Shown piece by piece: positions 31,989-46,209 of a stretch of DNA of 64,000 nt. Every line of letters starts with the position of its first letter. Positions within the stretch are counted from its first letter, which is position 1. The notes under the pieces were generated by a model, which was not told the DNA's origin, made no database searches, and saw nothing but the letters and a program-made list of their open reading frames with translations. The stretch comes from the human T2T-CHM13v2.0 reference genome, Homo sapiens. Location of the stretch: NCBI RefSeq assembly GCF_009914755.1, contig NC_060936.1. One strand, given 5' to 3'. The position numbers were made by a program, and so were the translations under genes.

Positions 31989-34302
31989 GCCCCCAGCCCA
32001 ATTTTCACTTCCCACTAGAAAACCTTTCACTGATCTTCCAGAAAGTGATTTTTCCCTTCTTTGTGTCATTACCAGATTTTGCTCATTATGACTTATTATA
32101 TTGCAATTACTATTTGATATGTTTGTTTACCATGCTTGATTGTGACTTTCTTGAGAATACCAATCATATTGACCTTTGTATTGTCAACATCTAGGACAGT
32201 GTCCACTACACATTTTTTTAAATTCGGTACATATTTTTTGTATAGATAAATTATGTAGGAGATGTGCATCGGGATTTGGCTAAAGATATTCCTACATATA
32301 ATTGGAGAAGACGTTTTTCAAATAAATATTATTTGAAGAATACCAAGGAACCCACTCCTCAAATTTGTCTTTTCATTGGCTTGCTGCAGTCACCTATAAT
32401 CCCCTATTAGGGATCATTTAAAGGTCTTGGTACATGTTTATCTATTTAAGACATTATCTTGTCCAGGATTAGTAAAAACTAACAAGCCAATATGCCTATT
32501 AGCAAGGATTAGCTTATGTGAGACTGAAGAGATTGATAAACAAAAATGGTAAATTGTGATGTTAATAGGGTCTGGTGTATGGATTATTAGAGAGGGCATT
32601 GATCAGTAAGGGAGTGACTTAGAACCCTAAAAACTTTGTAACTAGGAGCTGGAGTTGAAGGGCATCCAAAGGTTGATAGATATCCTGAAGGCCAACTTGG
32701 CTTATGTTGCCATTAAGCTGAGATTTGGCTTCACTGAGTCACAGCAGTCAGAAAAGGGAGCTCCGGGTGAACATTTTGCTTGAGTCATGCAGCTCTCCTC
32801 TCTCCTACAAAGGTGGAAAACCAATGTCCACGTGCTAGAGCTCACTGGGCCCATTGCAGTTATACAGGACAGGCACTGCTTGCTCTTAGAAAAATAAATT
32901 AGATTCAATAGTGGGTTGAAAGTTTAAAAAAATGATCGTAGTTTAATACAAGACAGATACTCTGCCCTGTTATTTCTTGATTCTCTACTCATTAGAGTTG
33001 CTCAGAAAGTTAATCTATCCACACACAATTCATCACATGTGTTTATATTTCAAAAAGATATTGAGATGGGAATTACTGGTTTTATAAGCCCTGTCTGTCT
33101 GACTATTAAATCATTTGCAGACTGTCAAACAACATTCACTTTGGAGGGGTTAGAAGGTCCTAGAACCGCACTGCCCCCATTTCCTTCACTGGGAAAAGCT
33201 GTTGATATATGAAAAATAGATGTTTAAATAAGCTACCTGCTTTTGTATGAATAACTCCAGGCATTTTAAGCCACATGTGCAGTTGGGTAGAGGACCTCAC
33301 ATATAACTTTTGGAGCCAGTTTTATACAGTGTTTAAAGTTTTCTCTGGCTAAAATTTAACCACATTTGGAAATTCTATGAACTTTTAAATGAGTGCTCTA
33401 TCATTCTGTTATTCTATGGCCAGTTTTTTATAGCGATAACTGCAGCATCTTCTGATTTGCCCCCTCCCTATCCATTTCCATAGGTACAAATAACAGTACC
33501 TAGCCTGTCTTTACCTTTCCATAATCAGATACATCACAGCAAGAATTGTCTTTGAGTGCAATTTTATAATATGCTGTTTCTTTTACTTTTATACACATGC
33601 AGTGGCTCTTCCCTCATATTAAGTCCCTACTTCAATTTTGTGGCTCAGGACCTTCTACTGTTTCTCAAAACTATAGATTGCCCTCTGGGCTACATTCTAG
33701 CTTATATCCTTTATTCTACCCAAAAGGCACCTAATTCCTACTCCGCTTACCTCACTGTCCCTCCAGTTAGCTTATTTTTAAGCCATTGTATTCTATTCTC
33801 CATGTCTAGAAATTCTTCCCTCTTCATCTTAGCCATTGTTTCTTTCTTTCATATAAGCCTTTCCACTGAGGCACTGATCAAAATAACCTGTGGCTTTTCA
33901 GTATGTAAATGTGTTTATGAAGAACTACAGTGTAATCAGTTATGTCAACCAATTGATCAACTGTTTAATGATCACTATGTTCTTACAATGTGGTAAGCAT
34001 TATAAAGATTAAAAAATAATTATCATAAAATATAGTTTTTTATATATTATAAAAATACATAAATTATTATAAAATATAGTTTTTGTCCTCAACTATGATA
34101 TAATTATGACTTGAGTGCAGTATTAACATAATAAAATTCTAAATACTGTGATATAGATACAGTTAAATATGGTAGAACTCAGTGGGTTAAGAACACTGCT
34201 CTAAACCCTAAGGACATCCAGCATTCAGTCTCTTAAGCACCTTTTTTACATTCGATTATTGGTGTCCCTCCTTCAGGACTAACCCTACCAGGTTCTAGCT
34301 TT

Positions 34303-34810
34303 CTGAGCTGTCCAATATGTTAGCCATTTGTCACATGCGACATGTGGCTAAGGAACATAAAACATGTGACTAGTGTGACTGAGGAACAGAAATTTAATTT
34401 CATTTGATTCCATTAATTAAAATTCAATTTAAAAATGAAAATTCAATTCAATTATTAGAAAACTTTTACATACGTTTGGAGCAACTTAGGTTCATAAATC
34501 TACTTTTCCATCTGTAAATTTTATAAATCTAAATAAAGGCCAGTATTACCAGTGAAAATTCATCACCAGAATTGAGATGTGCTATATGTGTCAACTGGAT
34601 TGTGAAGACTTAGTAAAAAGAAAATAATGTAACATATCTCATTTTTAAAACATTGATTGCATGTTGAAATGATAGTATTTTGGATACATTGGGTTAAATG
34701 AAATACATTCCTAAATTTTATTTCACTTTTTTTTACTTTAAAAAATGTGACTACTAGAAAATTTGAAATTACACATATGGATTACATTACATCTCAATTA
34801 GACAGCACTG
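34303..34810. mobile_element. Charlie1-derived non-autonomous hAT element (Charlie1a/MER33-like)
   Basis: Degenerate TIRs CTGAGCTGTCCAATA and AATTAGACAGCACTG. Internal GACTAGTGTGACTGAGGAAC and GAATTGAGATGTGCT motifs. Flanks TTCTAGCT/TTCTAGAT resemble the Charlie target site. Confidence 0.82.
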
Positions 34811-35901
34811 TTCTAGATAAACCAGATCTGTCCTAGATTTGTACATGTCCCTGAACCCCAAGGCCAGCTATTTCTATGGTGTCTCTTGGTCACCCAGAGT
34901 TCTAGTGCATTTTGGCCTTCTGCTGATTCTACCATATTAATCTACAGGTAGGTTGTATTTAAAAACATAGTCCTGTATTATCATGTGCTACTGTAGTGAA
35001 ATATAGTGAAATACAGACTTCTGCTCAGATGGCCCTTTTGCTGTTTGTCTATTGATCTAAATGTTTTTATTCCTTCTTGTTCACTCTTTTCTTTTGCTAC
35101 AATGGCTTTGGTCTCTGTACTAGGCTTTCTTCTTCTTCCTCAATCTTGTGTGAGAAAATGAGTTGCTTTTGGCTTTAGCTTCTTGTCACAATCCTTCTAT
35201 TTCTGGGACAAACTTGTTCTTGGCTTTGGGCCCTTCCTTTCTGCACCCCTCCCACTGTTGCAGGTCAACTAGAGGATAATGCGAACCTTCGGGGAAACTG
35301 CTCAGGTTCCATGTGCATAAATCTAAGCAACATAGGCAGCGTTGCACTCATGATATTTCCAGAGCATAAGGCTCTGGGGCCCTGTGCTTTTTAATTTTTA
35401 TTTCCTTAAATCTACCGGACATGGTCTTTAAAATTCATGTTTGCCTCACCATCCCGTTATTTATCATTAATCAGATTTAGATCCAAACTGGCAATTTCCT
35501 TAGGCGATTCCTCTTTTCTTTGGAGATGAAGTCCAACATCCTTCTCATATCATTTAACATTCTACACCATTTGACCCCAACTGAGTTGTCCACTTTGACC
35601 TCCAGAACCTAACTGTAGCACATCATGGTCTCTTTCTTTCTTAGCTCTCCTACCATTAATTTTTTATACCACATTTATAATGTAGCTCGTTCTGATTTTC
35701 AGTTAAATAGAGAGAACCAAGTTAACTGAGTTATGAAACTGCAACAATAACAGTACAATAACAATAGTTGACATTCATATAGTGCTTAGTGTATGCTAGG
35801 CACTGTTCTAAACACTTTATATACTTCTACTCATTTCATCTTCCTTCGGTAACCTATAAGTGTTGTTATTATCTCATTTCACTGTGCGAAAGGTTGAAGT
35901 A

Positions 35902-36479
35902 CAGCAGATCCTTGAATAACATAGTTTCTTTCAACATTATTTCATTTTAACACTGATGAGGAAAAAAAAACTTCACTCTGGCAGGGGCCACTGTGTGTGT
36001 AGAGTTTGCACATTCTCTCTCTGTCTGCTTGAGTTACCTCCAGGCACTCTGGATTCCTTCCACATCCCAGAGGCATGCGCATTAGGTGAATTGCATCTGC
36101 ATGGCCCCGGTGTGAGTGAGTGTGGGTGTGTGTGAGTGTGCCCTATGATGGAATGGTGTCCTGACCAGGGTGGTCCCAGACTTGCTCCCCTAGGTGCTAG
36201 GAGAGGCTCCAGCCATCCAAGGCCTGAACTGGAATAAGTGGGTAAACACTTATCATACTTGTTTTTGTTAATCTTTCTTAAATGTGTGTATTACTCACAT
36301 TTATTTCAATGTTTAATACTAGAAGTGTTTAAGGTCTTTATTTAGAAGTTTAGTGATGTTTTGTGACCAGAAATATAGGAACTTATCTCTTTCTTATGTC
36401 AATAACCTGTGATAAAATGTTTTGCTTAAAGTTAGTTTCTGAGAACCTATGGATGATGACATTAAGGGAGGATTTACTG
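35902..36479 (+). mobile_element. MER6A (TcMar-Tigger) nested in a MIR
   Basis: CAGCAGATCCTTGAATAAC start, GAGGATTTACTG end, TA target duplication at 35900-35901 and 36480-36481. Internal GAGTTTGCACATTCTC...CCACATCCC. Minus-strand MIR continues on both sides (~35760-36580). Confidence 0.88.
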
Positions 36480-36774
36480 TACAGGGAAATTAAATAACAT
36501 GTACAAGACCACATAGCTAATAAAGGGTAGAGCTAGTATTTCAACATAGGCAATCTAGCTTTAGAGTCTATGCTTATGTATTTGAGCTAAATTGTTTTGG
36601 AAACTTTGTCTCAGGCACTTTACATAGATTTTCTCATTTAATCTTCACAACAACCTGTGAGGAAAGCTATTAGAAGGTAAAGTAACAAAAAGAATTTTGG
36701 AAGTAAAAGAGATTCCACTGGACTAGACATATGGCAGTTACTCCCAAAACATTAGTTTTGATAGTGCCCTACAT

Positions 36775-36992
36775 CAGAAGTCAGAAAACTACCAGTGTGC
36801 AGGCCAATTCTGGTCCACTACCTGTTTAGGTAGATGAAGTCTTATTGGATCACAGTCATGCTTTTTCATATATGTGACAACTATGGCTACTTTTGCATTA
36901 CAATGGTGGGATTGAGTAGTTGAGGGTGAGACTCTATGGCCCAAAGCCTAAAATATTTTCTGACTCTTTATAGAAAGGTTTGCCAACCCTTG
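36775..36992 (+). mobile_element. MER58A (hAT-Charlie) MITE
   Basis: CAGAAGTCAGAAAACT...GTTTGCCAACCCTTG termini, TTATTGGATCACAGTCATGC and GCCTAAAATATTT motifs, ~220 bp. Confidence 0.8.
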
Positions 36993-37098
36993 CTCTGCAC
37001 CATACCTGAAGAGTAAATGAACGCTGCTATTAATGTTAAGATTATACAATAAAAGAAGTGCTTGTTTACTGCTTCCTGCCCAAACACCCTTTTATTCC

Positions 37099-37396
<298 letters not shown>

Positions 37397-39419
37397 CCAA
37401 ACCACTATTTGTTTAAAGACCTTCTTTATATTATCTGAGGGGACATTAGGTGCTTCACTAAGAACTAATGGTTTTATCACTTCCTGTGGCTCACGTCAGC
37501 AAAACAGCCCTTCGTCTCCCATATCATATTGATTCTTTCTATGGCAGGTGTCGTGCTATTTGATTAAATTGATATGTTCTCGAAAAGCTGATATAAATTA
37601 AAGTTTGGAACATTGAAACACATTTTCTGTTCATTTGTATTATAATTTATGTGATGTTTTATCTACTTGAAAGGACACATAACTCTTTATAAAATGTTAT
37701 GTGGCTGCTCTTTCATGATGCCTTCTTTCCACTCCCCCCAAGTACTAGCACTGATGTTTCTGTCCACTTGTCATTGTTCTATAGAAAGAGTTGAATCCCA
37801 CTGTGAAAGCTACTATTATAAAACAAAAAAACAGGTATAATGATTCATAAAATGAATAATCTTTTTCTGATGGAAATAATTGACCTATTGAATTTTAGTA
37901 TTAACATTTTCTTAAACTGAGACACCCCTATTGTGAGCAACAATGAATGTTTATGAACTACCTCTTCTATTTAAAACATTGTATTAAGTAGTATTGATGA
38001 TTTTTCATCATTATTATACTATACCAACCAATGGCAATGCTAAAATAATAAAAAACCATCTTTGTTATATTTATTAAAAAAAACCAATAAATTACAGGAG
38101 GACTAACCATGTACTGGCATTCCGCTAAGTGCTTAACATGTATATGACTTAATTATCCCTTTAACTCTATGAATTCAGTTGTATTTTTGTCCTCATTTTG
38201 CAATGCATACTTTGCAATGTCTACTTCATAATGTATATTTGACATTAATAGAGGAAAAAGAATACAATTGTTTGAAATTAAGTATGTAAAAGAAGGTTAA
38301 TTGATGGGTTTCGTTAATTTTCTAAGTGATATATAATGCTGTATATCTAAGAGTATTATGATTTTTTAAAAAGCTTTAGTGATACAGCTAAAAAACAAAG
38401 ATTTCCATGAATAAAGGATTACATTTGGGATACTAGAAGCTATCTTTTTAAGACCAGAAAAATTGAAAAATGTGAGATGAAATCTGTATATTTGTGGGTC
38501 ATTCATTCACTTTTTATTTAGCATTTATTTATTGAATATTTACTATAGTCCATTTTCTCATGAATCTTATAAACAGGGATGTATTCAACAAGCAAGTAAA
38601 CATATTAAATTGACGATTATGAAAAGGGCTTCAAACAACATGAACAGAGTGGTGATGTAAATAACAATAGAGATGATCATATAGGTTAGACATAGGAGAC
38701 TCCTCTGAGAGGAAAAAACTTAAGCTTGTAGCTTGAGAATGAAAAAGAGCCTGCCATGGAGAAGGTATGGGAGCGGGTGGCACATGTAGGTAGAAGGAAT
38801 GGCATATTCTAAGAGTATCAGTTAGTCTTGGAGCTAACAAGGCAAGAGGTTGACTTTAAACTCATTGATCCATGAGCTTTTAAACTCATTTAAACTCATT
38901 GATCCATGGGCTTTTTCCCCTTCCAGGAGACACTTCTGTGGCCCATCCATCTTTGGGCTTCTACAAGGAAAATTACAAAAGTTTATTAAATGTTTCTATC
39001 ATCAGAATAATTAGCAATTATTGTAACTGCATTTAAAAATAACTAAAATATTTATGTTAACTAACGTAGAAAATGTCTTTTTAAAAATGTCAAACTTTTA
39101 TAATAATATGAATGCATTGTATACCCATCAGCAGACTCCTGGAGGGCCAAATGTAAGGTCACCATGGAGCAGTTATAATCCTTGTTCCTTAACTCAATTC
39201 CCAGCTCAGCATTCTGTCAACTCTGTTTGTTTAGGCAATTTACATAACCTCTCTGGGTTTTAGTTTACTCTTTAGCAAAACAAGGATAAAGATGTATATT
39301 TAAATATTACTATGAAAATTGTTTAAAATATTTTGAACGTAACTGACACACTGTGCTTGGCAAGAAGTAGGCATTCAAATATTAATTGTGATAGATCTTT
39401 TATGTATGTTAATAATAAC

Positions 39420-39672
39420 AATGATTCATATTTATTGAGAACTTACTGTGTACCAGGTGGTTTTCAAGAATTTTCAATGTTCTTAACTCATTTTATCCTC
39501 ACAAAAATTCTATGAAATGATTCCACATGTTTTACATGTTTTCTTATCTCACATCTAAGGAACCTAAAGCTGGAGATTATGCAGCTTGCCCAAGATCACA
39601 GAGCCAGTAAATGGCAGAGCCAAGAATTCAACCCTGGTGGTCTGGCTTTGGAGCTTGTGCCCTTAATGACTA
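39420..39672 (-). mobile_element. MIR, tail to tail with a + strand MIR at ~39190-39390
   Basis: ATTTATTGAGAACTTACTGTGTACCAGG...GCTTGCCCAAGATCACAGAGCCAGTAAATGGCAGAGCC. Confidence 0.75.
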
Positions 39673-41288
39673 CCTTTTAAGTATGTTTTCTCATATAAAA
39701 AGAAATTGTTGAAAACTGAATCTTGTCAGTTTCTCAGGTAAGCAGCACAAAGCAATGTAGTACTTTGGGGTGAAATCTGAAGCTAAGAGAATGTGCTTAC
39801 TTCACACAACCAATGCAGGCAATGCATTCTGTTCATAAGTGACCTCTGCAGTAGATTAAGACCAGTTTTCAAAAGAAAAAAAAAAAGACAAATTGGCCAT
39901 CAAGATATACAGCTTGTTATTATAAAGAGTCCTGAATGTGTATCACATATGAGTTTCCAGAGCAATTTATTGTCAAACAGATAGCAGCATGTAAATTTCC
40001 AAGAATCAACCTGGCATCACTGGAAAAATCACACCCTTGAGGCCTGGGTATTGTAGACAGTTCCACAGCAGCTGAATCATAAAGACTTTTATAGATCAAT
40101 AACCCTCAACCTTGCTGCATTACAAAGCATCTTCATCAACAAAGAGAGTTTCAGGGAGCCGCAAAAGCACAGTGGAATTATTGGAACAGGTGGGTTTTGT
40201 GTGTATGTATGTATTTTATTTTTCACAAGGTTATTGCTGGATAGATACATCATGACTTAATGTTGATATTCCAGAATAATGTAGAAAATGATACAATGTC
40301 TAAATACGTGTTACTGACTTTTTCCTCCTTTTCTGGGGCAATAGAATGCTTTTCATACACATCCTTAAATCTAAATAAAGGATAAGTTATTGGAATGCAT
40401 TTAGTTTCAAACAACAATGTGTCCTAAATTTTTATTCTGAAACTTTTTGTGTCCTTGAGCCTTTGTTGCTTCACCTGTAAACTTTAAAACAATAATAACA
40501 GCTTTGTAAAGTTCTTAACCCCCAAAGACATATCTCATTGAGCTACTTATCTGAGAAAAATATGACTGAGATGATTTATTTCATGGTAATTTGTTCCAAG
40601 TAAAGTTTAGATTGCTGGTTATCTTTCTTTACCATATTGCCTAACATAAGAGAAACAAGTAAATTCTTACATATGTCTAATGAAAAAGCAAAAAGAAATT
40701 GTATTTTTTGAATGACGATGGTCTATTATTGCTGATCGTATGAGGCAGTGTTTGAAATATTATACAAAACGTTTAAGAGACATGTGAACTGAGGGTGATT
40801 TTTTAGGTTGCTTCCATCTCATTGTTGGATATTGATTAAGGAGTTTTCAAAGAAGAAATTTTGAGTGCCTATCATATGGCAGATGTTTTATAATTCGTGT
40901 AAGAATTTATATGTTTCACAATAGTTACAATGGTATTTTTATCTCTGTGCTTCAGGTGTAGTTTTGAGACTCAGGCTCTTAGCTAACTAGTTGAAGTTAA
41001 CAAAGGCATTAAGTAGCAGAGTAGGAATTAGAACCTATATTTGTGTGAATTCCAAAGCTCTCCTTCCACTCCCTTACTGCCTCTCTGTTTTAATTGCTTT
41101 GGAGTAATCTCAGCATAATCTATTTGCTTTAATACTAATCATCTATTCTTGTGATTACATAATGTGGCATCTACAAAAGTTGACTATGATGTGGTTGATT
41201 TGGCCCAGTGTGTATACACCCAGATGCTTATATTTAAGATGAGGTCTGTAACCACAGATAGTTTAACTGATTTGACTGGTTAATATAG

Positions 41289-41633
<345 letters not shown>

Positions 41634-41859
41634 TAACATTGTTTTTAACTGAATTTACCAGTTAACTTAATTAAAACATTAGACCTGGAAAATACATGTA
41701 TGGCCAAACTAAATATTTACACTTACATAATAATATAGAAATACTAAATTATATCTACCCTATTTATTAAAATATAACTGTTGAATTTAATAGTAAATAT
41801 AATCAACTATGACATGAAGAAATTGTTTTATAATGGCAATGAAGATTGTATAAAATCGA

Positions 41860-42045
41860 TTAGATATGAACATTGAAATATTTTTGGGTAAAATGACACG
41901 ATGTCTGGAATTTGCTATAAAATATTCCAGCAAAGAATAAAACAATAAAAGGAACATGATTGGTGAAAAATTGATAAAGCTGAGTGATGAGTAGGTACAT
42001 AGAGTTCATCTTTTTCACACATGTGAAACTTCCACCATAAAGAGC
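41860..42045 (+). mobile_element. L1ME-type 3' end fragment
   Basis: TGAAATATTTTTGGGTAAAATGACACGATGTCTGGAATTTGCT...AAGCTGAGTGATGAGTA matches old L1 3'UTR ends. Confidence 0.6.
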
Positions 42046-45000
42046 TTGGAAAAACAATCAACTAATTCTATATACACTAGGTTGAGGCAAAGAAACAAGA
42101 TAACTTTGATTGCTTTGATTGAATATGGGTTTAGAATTTTAGCAGTTTCATGTGTTGTTAAAAGGCATCCAGAATGCATATTCTCAGGACGCACTGATAC
42201 TTTTCAATGTTTTAATAAGATATAATTTAATGATATAAAGGTATGAATTTCAGGAAAACATGATATTATATATCCCTGACCAAAAGAGACCTGGCTTTGG
42301 GATCACATTTACATTCAAATTTTTATTCCCTTGAACATAGCACTATAGTATGACTTTAGTACAAATATTGTGTGTTTCTCATTTAATTTTAATTAAAACT
42401 AAGACTTTCTCTGGAATAATATTTATATCCTAAAGAATGATGGCATATTGCTTCATTGTATGTCATTAGCCCTTCATAATTTTTTTCTTTTGTTCATCAT
42501 TTAAAATGTCATTAAAACAATTACAGCCTACACTCTGCTGAATCATATAATTGGAGATGTCTTATTAAGATGAGATTTACTGTATAACTTTATTTTTAAT
42601 ATACGAGAAACCAACATTTTTTAGTTTTATGCTTTTAAAATGTGCAAATGAATGAGTTCTCTCTCCTTTATTGCTAAAAGAATAGTTTTAATTACTTGCG
42701 TTTTTTTCACTCATTTTTTGAGAGCATTTTTTTTAATCACCAAATTAAATCAGCAGATTTTCTATTAAGCCTCTTTCTTTGGCCTTAGGCAAATTGTGAG
42801 GTAAATTTGATTGTGGTTCCCTGCAAGCCTTCCTTCTGCAGTTTATCTCTTTCTTGTGGCATTCCTTTCCTCCCAGGAGCATCAAAGTATCATTAGAGTT
42901 GAAGCTTGCTTTCCTTCGCTGCTGGCTTCTCCTCCAGTCTCTGAATCTCTGTCTTCACTCAATCTTTCCAAAAAATGAGGAATCAATTGCAAGTAGCCAA
43001 TGCATCTATTTGGCATCTTGCTAATGAATATTAGCAGTTTAAAGGTTAGCATGCCTTGGTAGGTCTTCAAGGGAGTGCAGGAGTTCCAAGCCACACTTTC
43101 TTCATCTGTCAGTTTTAACCCAGATAAGCAACTTAATTTTCATATTAAATCAAACAGATATATTGGGGAGCAGGAGGCACAATTTGCATTCATGTTAAAG
43201 CAATATTAGAAGACTTCAAAGAAATTTCAGATGGGAGATGGGTTGCTTTGGGAGATGCCCTCCAACTCCAGGGTGTATGTATTCACTCTTCAGTTTCGTC
43301 CTGACCAGTGATGCCTCTGTGGAAAAGTTTGAGAAGGGCCAGAATGTGACCTCTCTCATGTACATTTATGTTCTCTCTTGGTTTTAATAACGTGGCCTTT
43401 ATGGCATTCTAAAAAATGGTGGAAATATAGATACTTTTGAAAAGGATGAGGATCTTACTACTTTCAAATTGCTCGTTTATAGTTACTTTCACTTATAGAG
43501 ATTCTGGGGCATTGATCACATATGTATTTTGCTATTAATCTGACTTATTCAGAACACTTATAGAGATCAGATATCTAGAGCACATGAACAAATCATTACT
43601 CTAGAGAGACATGGTCATTGCCTTTTAGCAATGTACACCGTATCAAGGAAAATTATAGAACAAAACCAAAAATCTATGTGTGCAATACTGTATAGGATCA
43701 AGAGCTAGTTGACATAGCTGACACCAACAATTCTCCAATATTTTATGGAAATTAGAGGAGAGGCATGCTTCAGAACAGGGATATAAATGACACATTCTTC
43801 CTTTTTCATGTCCTATATGAAATATATTAAAAAGTGCACCTTGTTCTAAAGTTTACTTTTCTTTTAATTATTTTTAAAAAACAGCATCTGAAAGATAAAA
43901 AATGTATCAAAAATAGAACAATATTTTCTTGACTGAAATTCCATTGTACTCTAAATGATTTTCTCATTAATACTGAGAGCCTTATTAATCCAAAAATTGG
44001 ACTTGAAAATTAATACAAAAATAAATGGAAATGTAAAATAAAGTATGTTAAATGAACATTTCACTGGAATAGATGCCTGCCAGTGGGTTAAAAACAAGAA
44101 TCTCTGAGTCTGAATTTTCATTTAGTCTTTTGTATTATAGTTAATATGAAAATTAAAAAAAATAGAGGGAAACAGAAGGCTCTTTGCTGGAAAATTGAGT
44201 TCCTTGGGGAAAAGAAAACAACAGGAGAGAGACCAATTTAGTCAGGGCAAGTTATAATACACCAATCATGATGATTGATCCTGCGCAAGCAGAAAGCACA
44301 TGGAAACAATTTAAATGTTGTCCATGAAACTACTGCTTTCAGACCTCATGGGATTTTATTTATCAGGATCACTGATTTCAGAGGCACCGTAGAGCCAGGA
44401 AAGAATAAGAGGTTTGGAACGTTGTTCTTTGGGATTCAAGGTGGAAAATGTACAAAAAGAAGGGAAGCAGTTGGTATCACTTCTTGTCTCTTTGTCTACT
44501 GCTTCTGTAACAGATTTTTCCTCTGAACCTTATATTCAATGCTTAATTTGAATAGTCCATGTAGTTGCATTTTGAGAATTTGGAAAAGGCATTTTAGTTA
44601 GCGCCCCATCCTGTCCCTGTATTCTTTTTCTTTAGCTAACTCCAATTCTGTCTGGCAGGTAGGAATTCATTTAGGTGGGCTGCTTTTTAAAAACTAAACA
44701 AAAAACAGTCATTACTACTATTATGCAGGTTTTACATATAAATACTCTGTTTTGAAAAATGACTCTTTCTTGGAGTCACTTGAAGGTAAAACAGCCTATG
44801 TTTATACATGCACATTTTTCTCCCTTACACATATGGAAGAAAAGTAAAACCGTTGCAAAATTATGACACTTTCAAGCAAATTCTTTTTATGATTAATTTC
44901 TTGCTTTTATTTAAGATAGATTCTCCCCCAATGTTTATATTTTGATTTTGAGGGAAAAAGTAACATTTTTGATGATGCCATTTAGTAAAGGGATTATCTG

Positions 45001-45416
45001 ATTCTCTAAGGTTCTTGGGGCCCATTGGGCTCAGGCAGGAATTTTTTGGTAGTATGCTAGACTGATTCTGATTGTGAAGATTGTCAGACACCTGTGATTG
45101 ATTGAAAGGAAGAAAAGCATTCCTCTCAGCTGCTAGTAGAATAGGATGTTTATTTTTAGTTGACTTACTTTTTTTTTTTTTACAAAAATGGCAAAATTGG
45201 TGATTTGACTAAATTGACTCATTCAGAACACTTATAGAGATCAGATATCCAGAGCACATGAACAAATCCTTTTCTTTAGTTTTGCATTGGTATCTGAATG
45301 CTGGCTTTCCTGTTTACTGGATTAACATCACTAAACTTTAGCTTTGCCATCTAAAATGAAGAATAATAATACTACTTGCCTCATAGAGTTTTTGTGTTAT
45401 TTAAATGAGATAATTT

Positions 45417-46209
45417 GGGAGGCCAGCATCAACAGCTTCAAGATGAAGCTGAACATCTTCTTCCCAGCCACTGGCTGCCAGAAACTCATTTAAGTGATTG
45501 ATGAATGCAAAATTCTTACTTTTTATGAGAAGCGTATGGCCACAGAAGTAGCTGCTGACGCTCCGGGTGAAGAATGGAAGGGCTACGTTGTTTGAATAAA
45601 TGATGGGAACGACAAACAAAGTTTCCCTATGAAGCAGTGTGTCTTGACCCATGGCTGTGTCCACCTGCTACTGAGTAAGGGGCATTCCTGTTACAGACCA
45701 AGGAGAACTAGAGAAAGAAAGCGAAATCTGTTAGTGGTTACGTTGTAGATGCCAATCTGAGCGTTCTCAACTTGAGAGAAGGATATTCCTGGACTGACTG
45801 GTACTACGGTGCCTTGTTGCCTGGGGCCCAAAAGAGCTAGCAGAATCCACAAACTTTTCAATTTCCCTAAAGATGATGTCTGTGAGCATGTTGTAAGAAA
45901 GCCCTTCAACAAAGAAGGTAAGAAACCTAGGACCGAAGCACAGAAGATTCAGCGTCTTACTACTCCATGTGTCCTGCAGCACAAACAGTGGCGTATTGCT
46001 CTGAAGAAGCAGCATACTAAAAAAATCAGGAAGAGGCTGCAGAATATGCTAAACTTTCGGCCAAGAGAATGAAAGAGGCTGAAGAGAAGCACCAGGAACA
46101 GAGTGCCAAGAGATGCAGACTCTTCTCTCAGCGAGCTTCTACTTCTGTCTGAATCCAGTCAAAAATAAGATTTTTTTGAGTAACAAATAAGATCAGACTA
46201 AAACAAAAA
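45417..46209 (+). pseudogene. RPS6: Processed pseudogene of 40S ribosomal protein S6 (RPS6P; copy number not identifiable here)
   Basis: Intronless copy from 5'UTR through ATG at 45443 (MKLNIFFPATGCQKLI) to TAA at 46166-46168, then 3'UTR and A-rich tail. Peptides [14 protein letters not shown] and [15 protein letters not shown]. Premature TAA at codon 17 (45491-45493), ~17-nt deletion near 45774 and further indels. TSD TAAATGAGATAATTT (45402-45416) / TAAATGAGGTAATTT (46210-46224). Inserted in a MIR. Confidence 0.97.

Noticed and set aside
33556-33996. 146-aa hydrophobic ORF
   Set aside because: GTG start, T-rich composition explains the hydrophobicity, no recognisable domain or splice support.
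39190-39672. Tail-to-tail MIR pair as a dsRNA or miRNA precursor
   Set aside because: The copies are too diverged for an extended duplex by eye.
45809-46072. 87-aa RPS6-like ORF as a functional gene
   Set aside because: Internal fragment of a retrocopy with an upstream stop and frameshifts on both sides.
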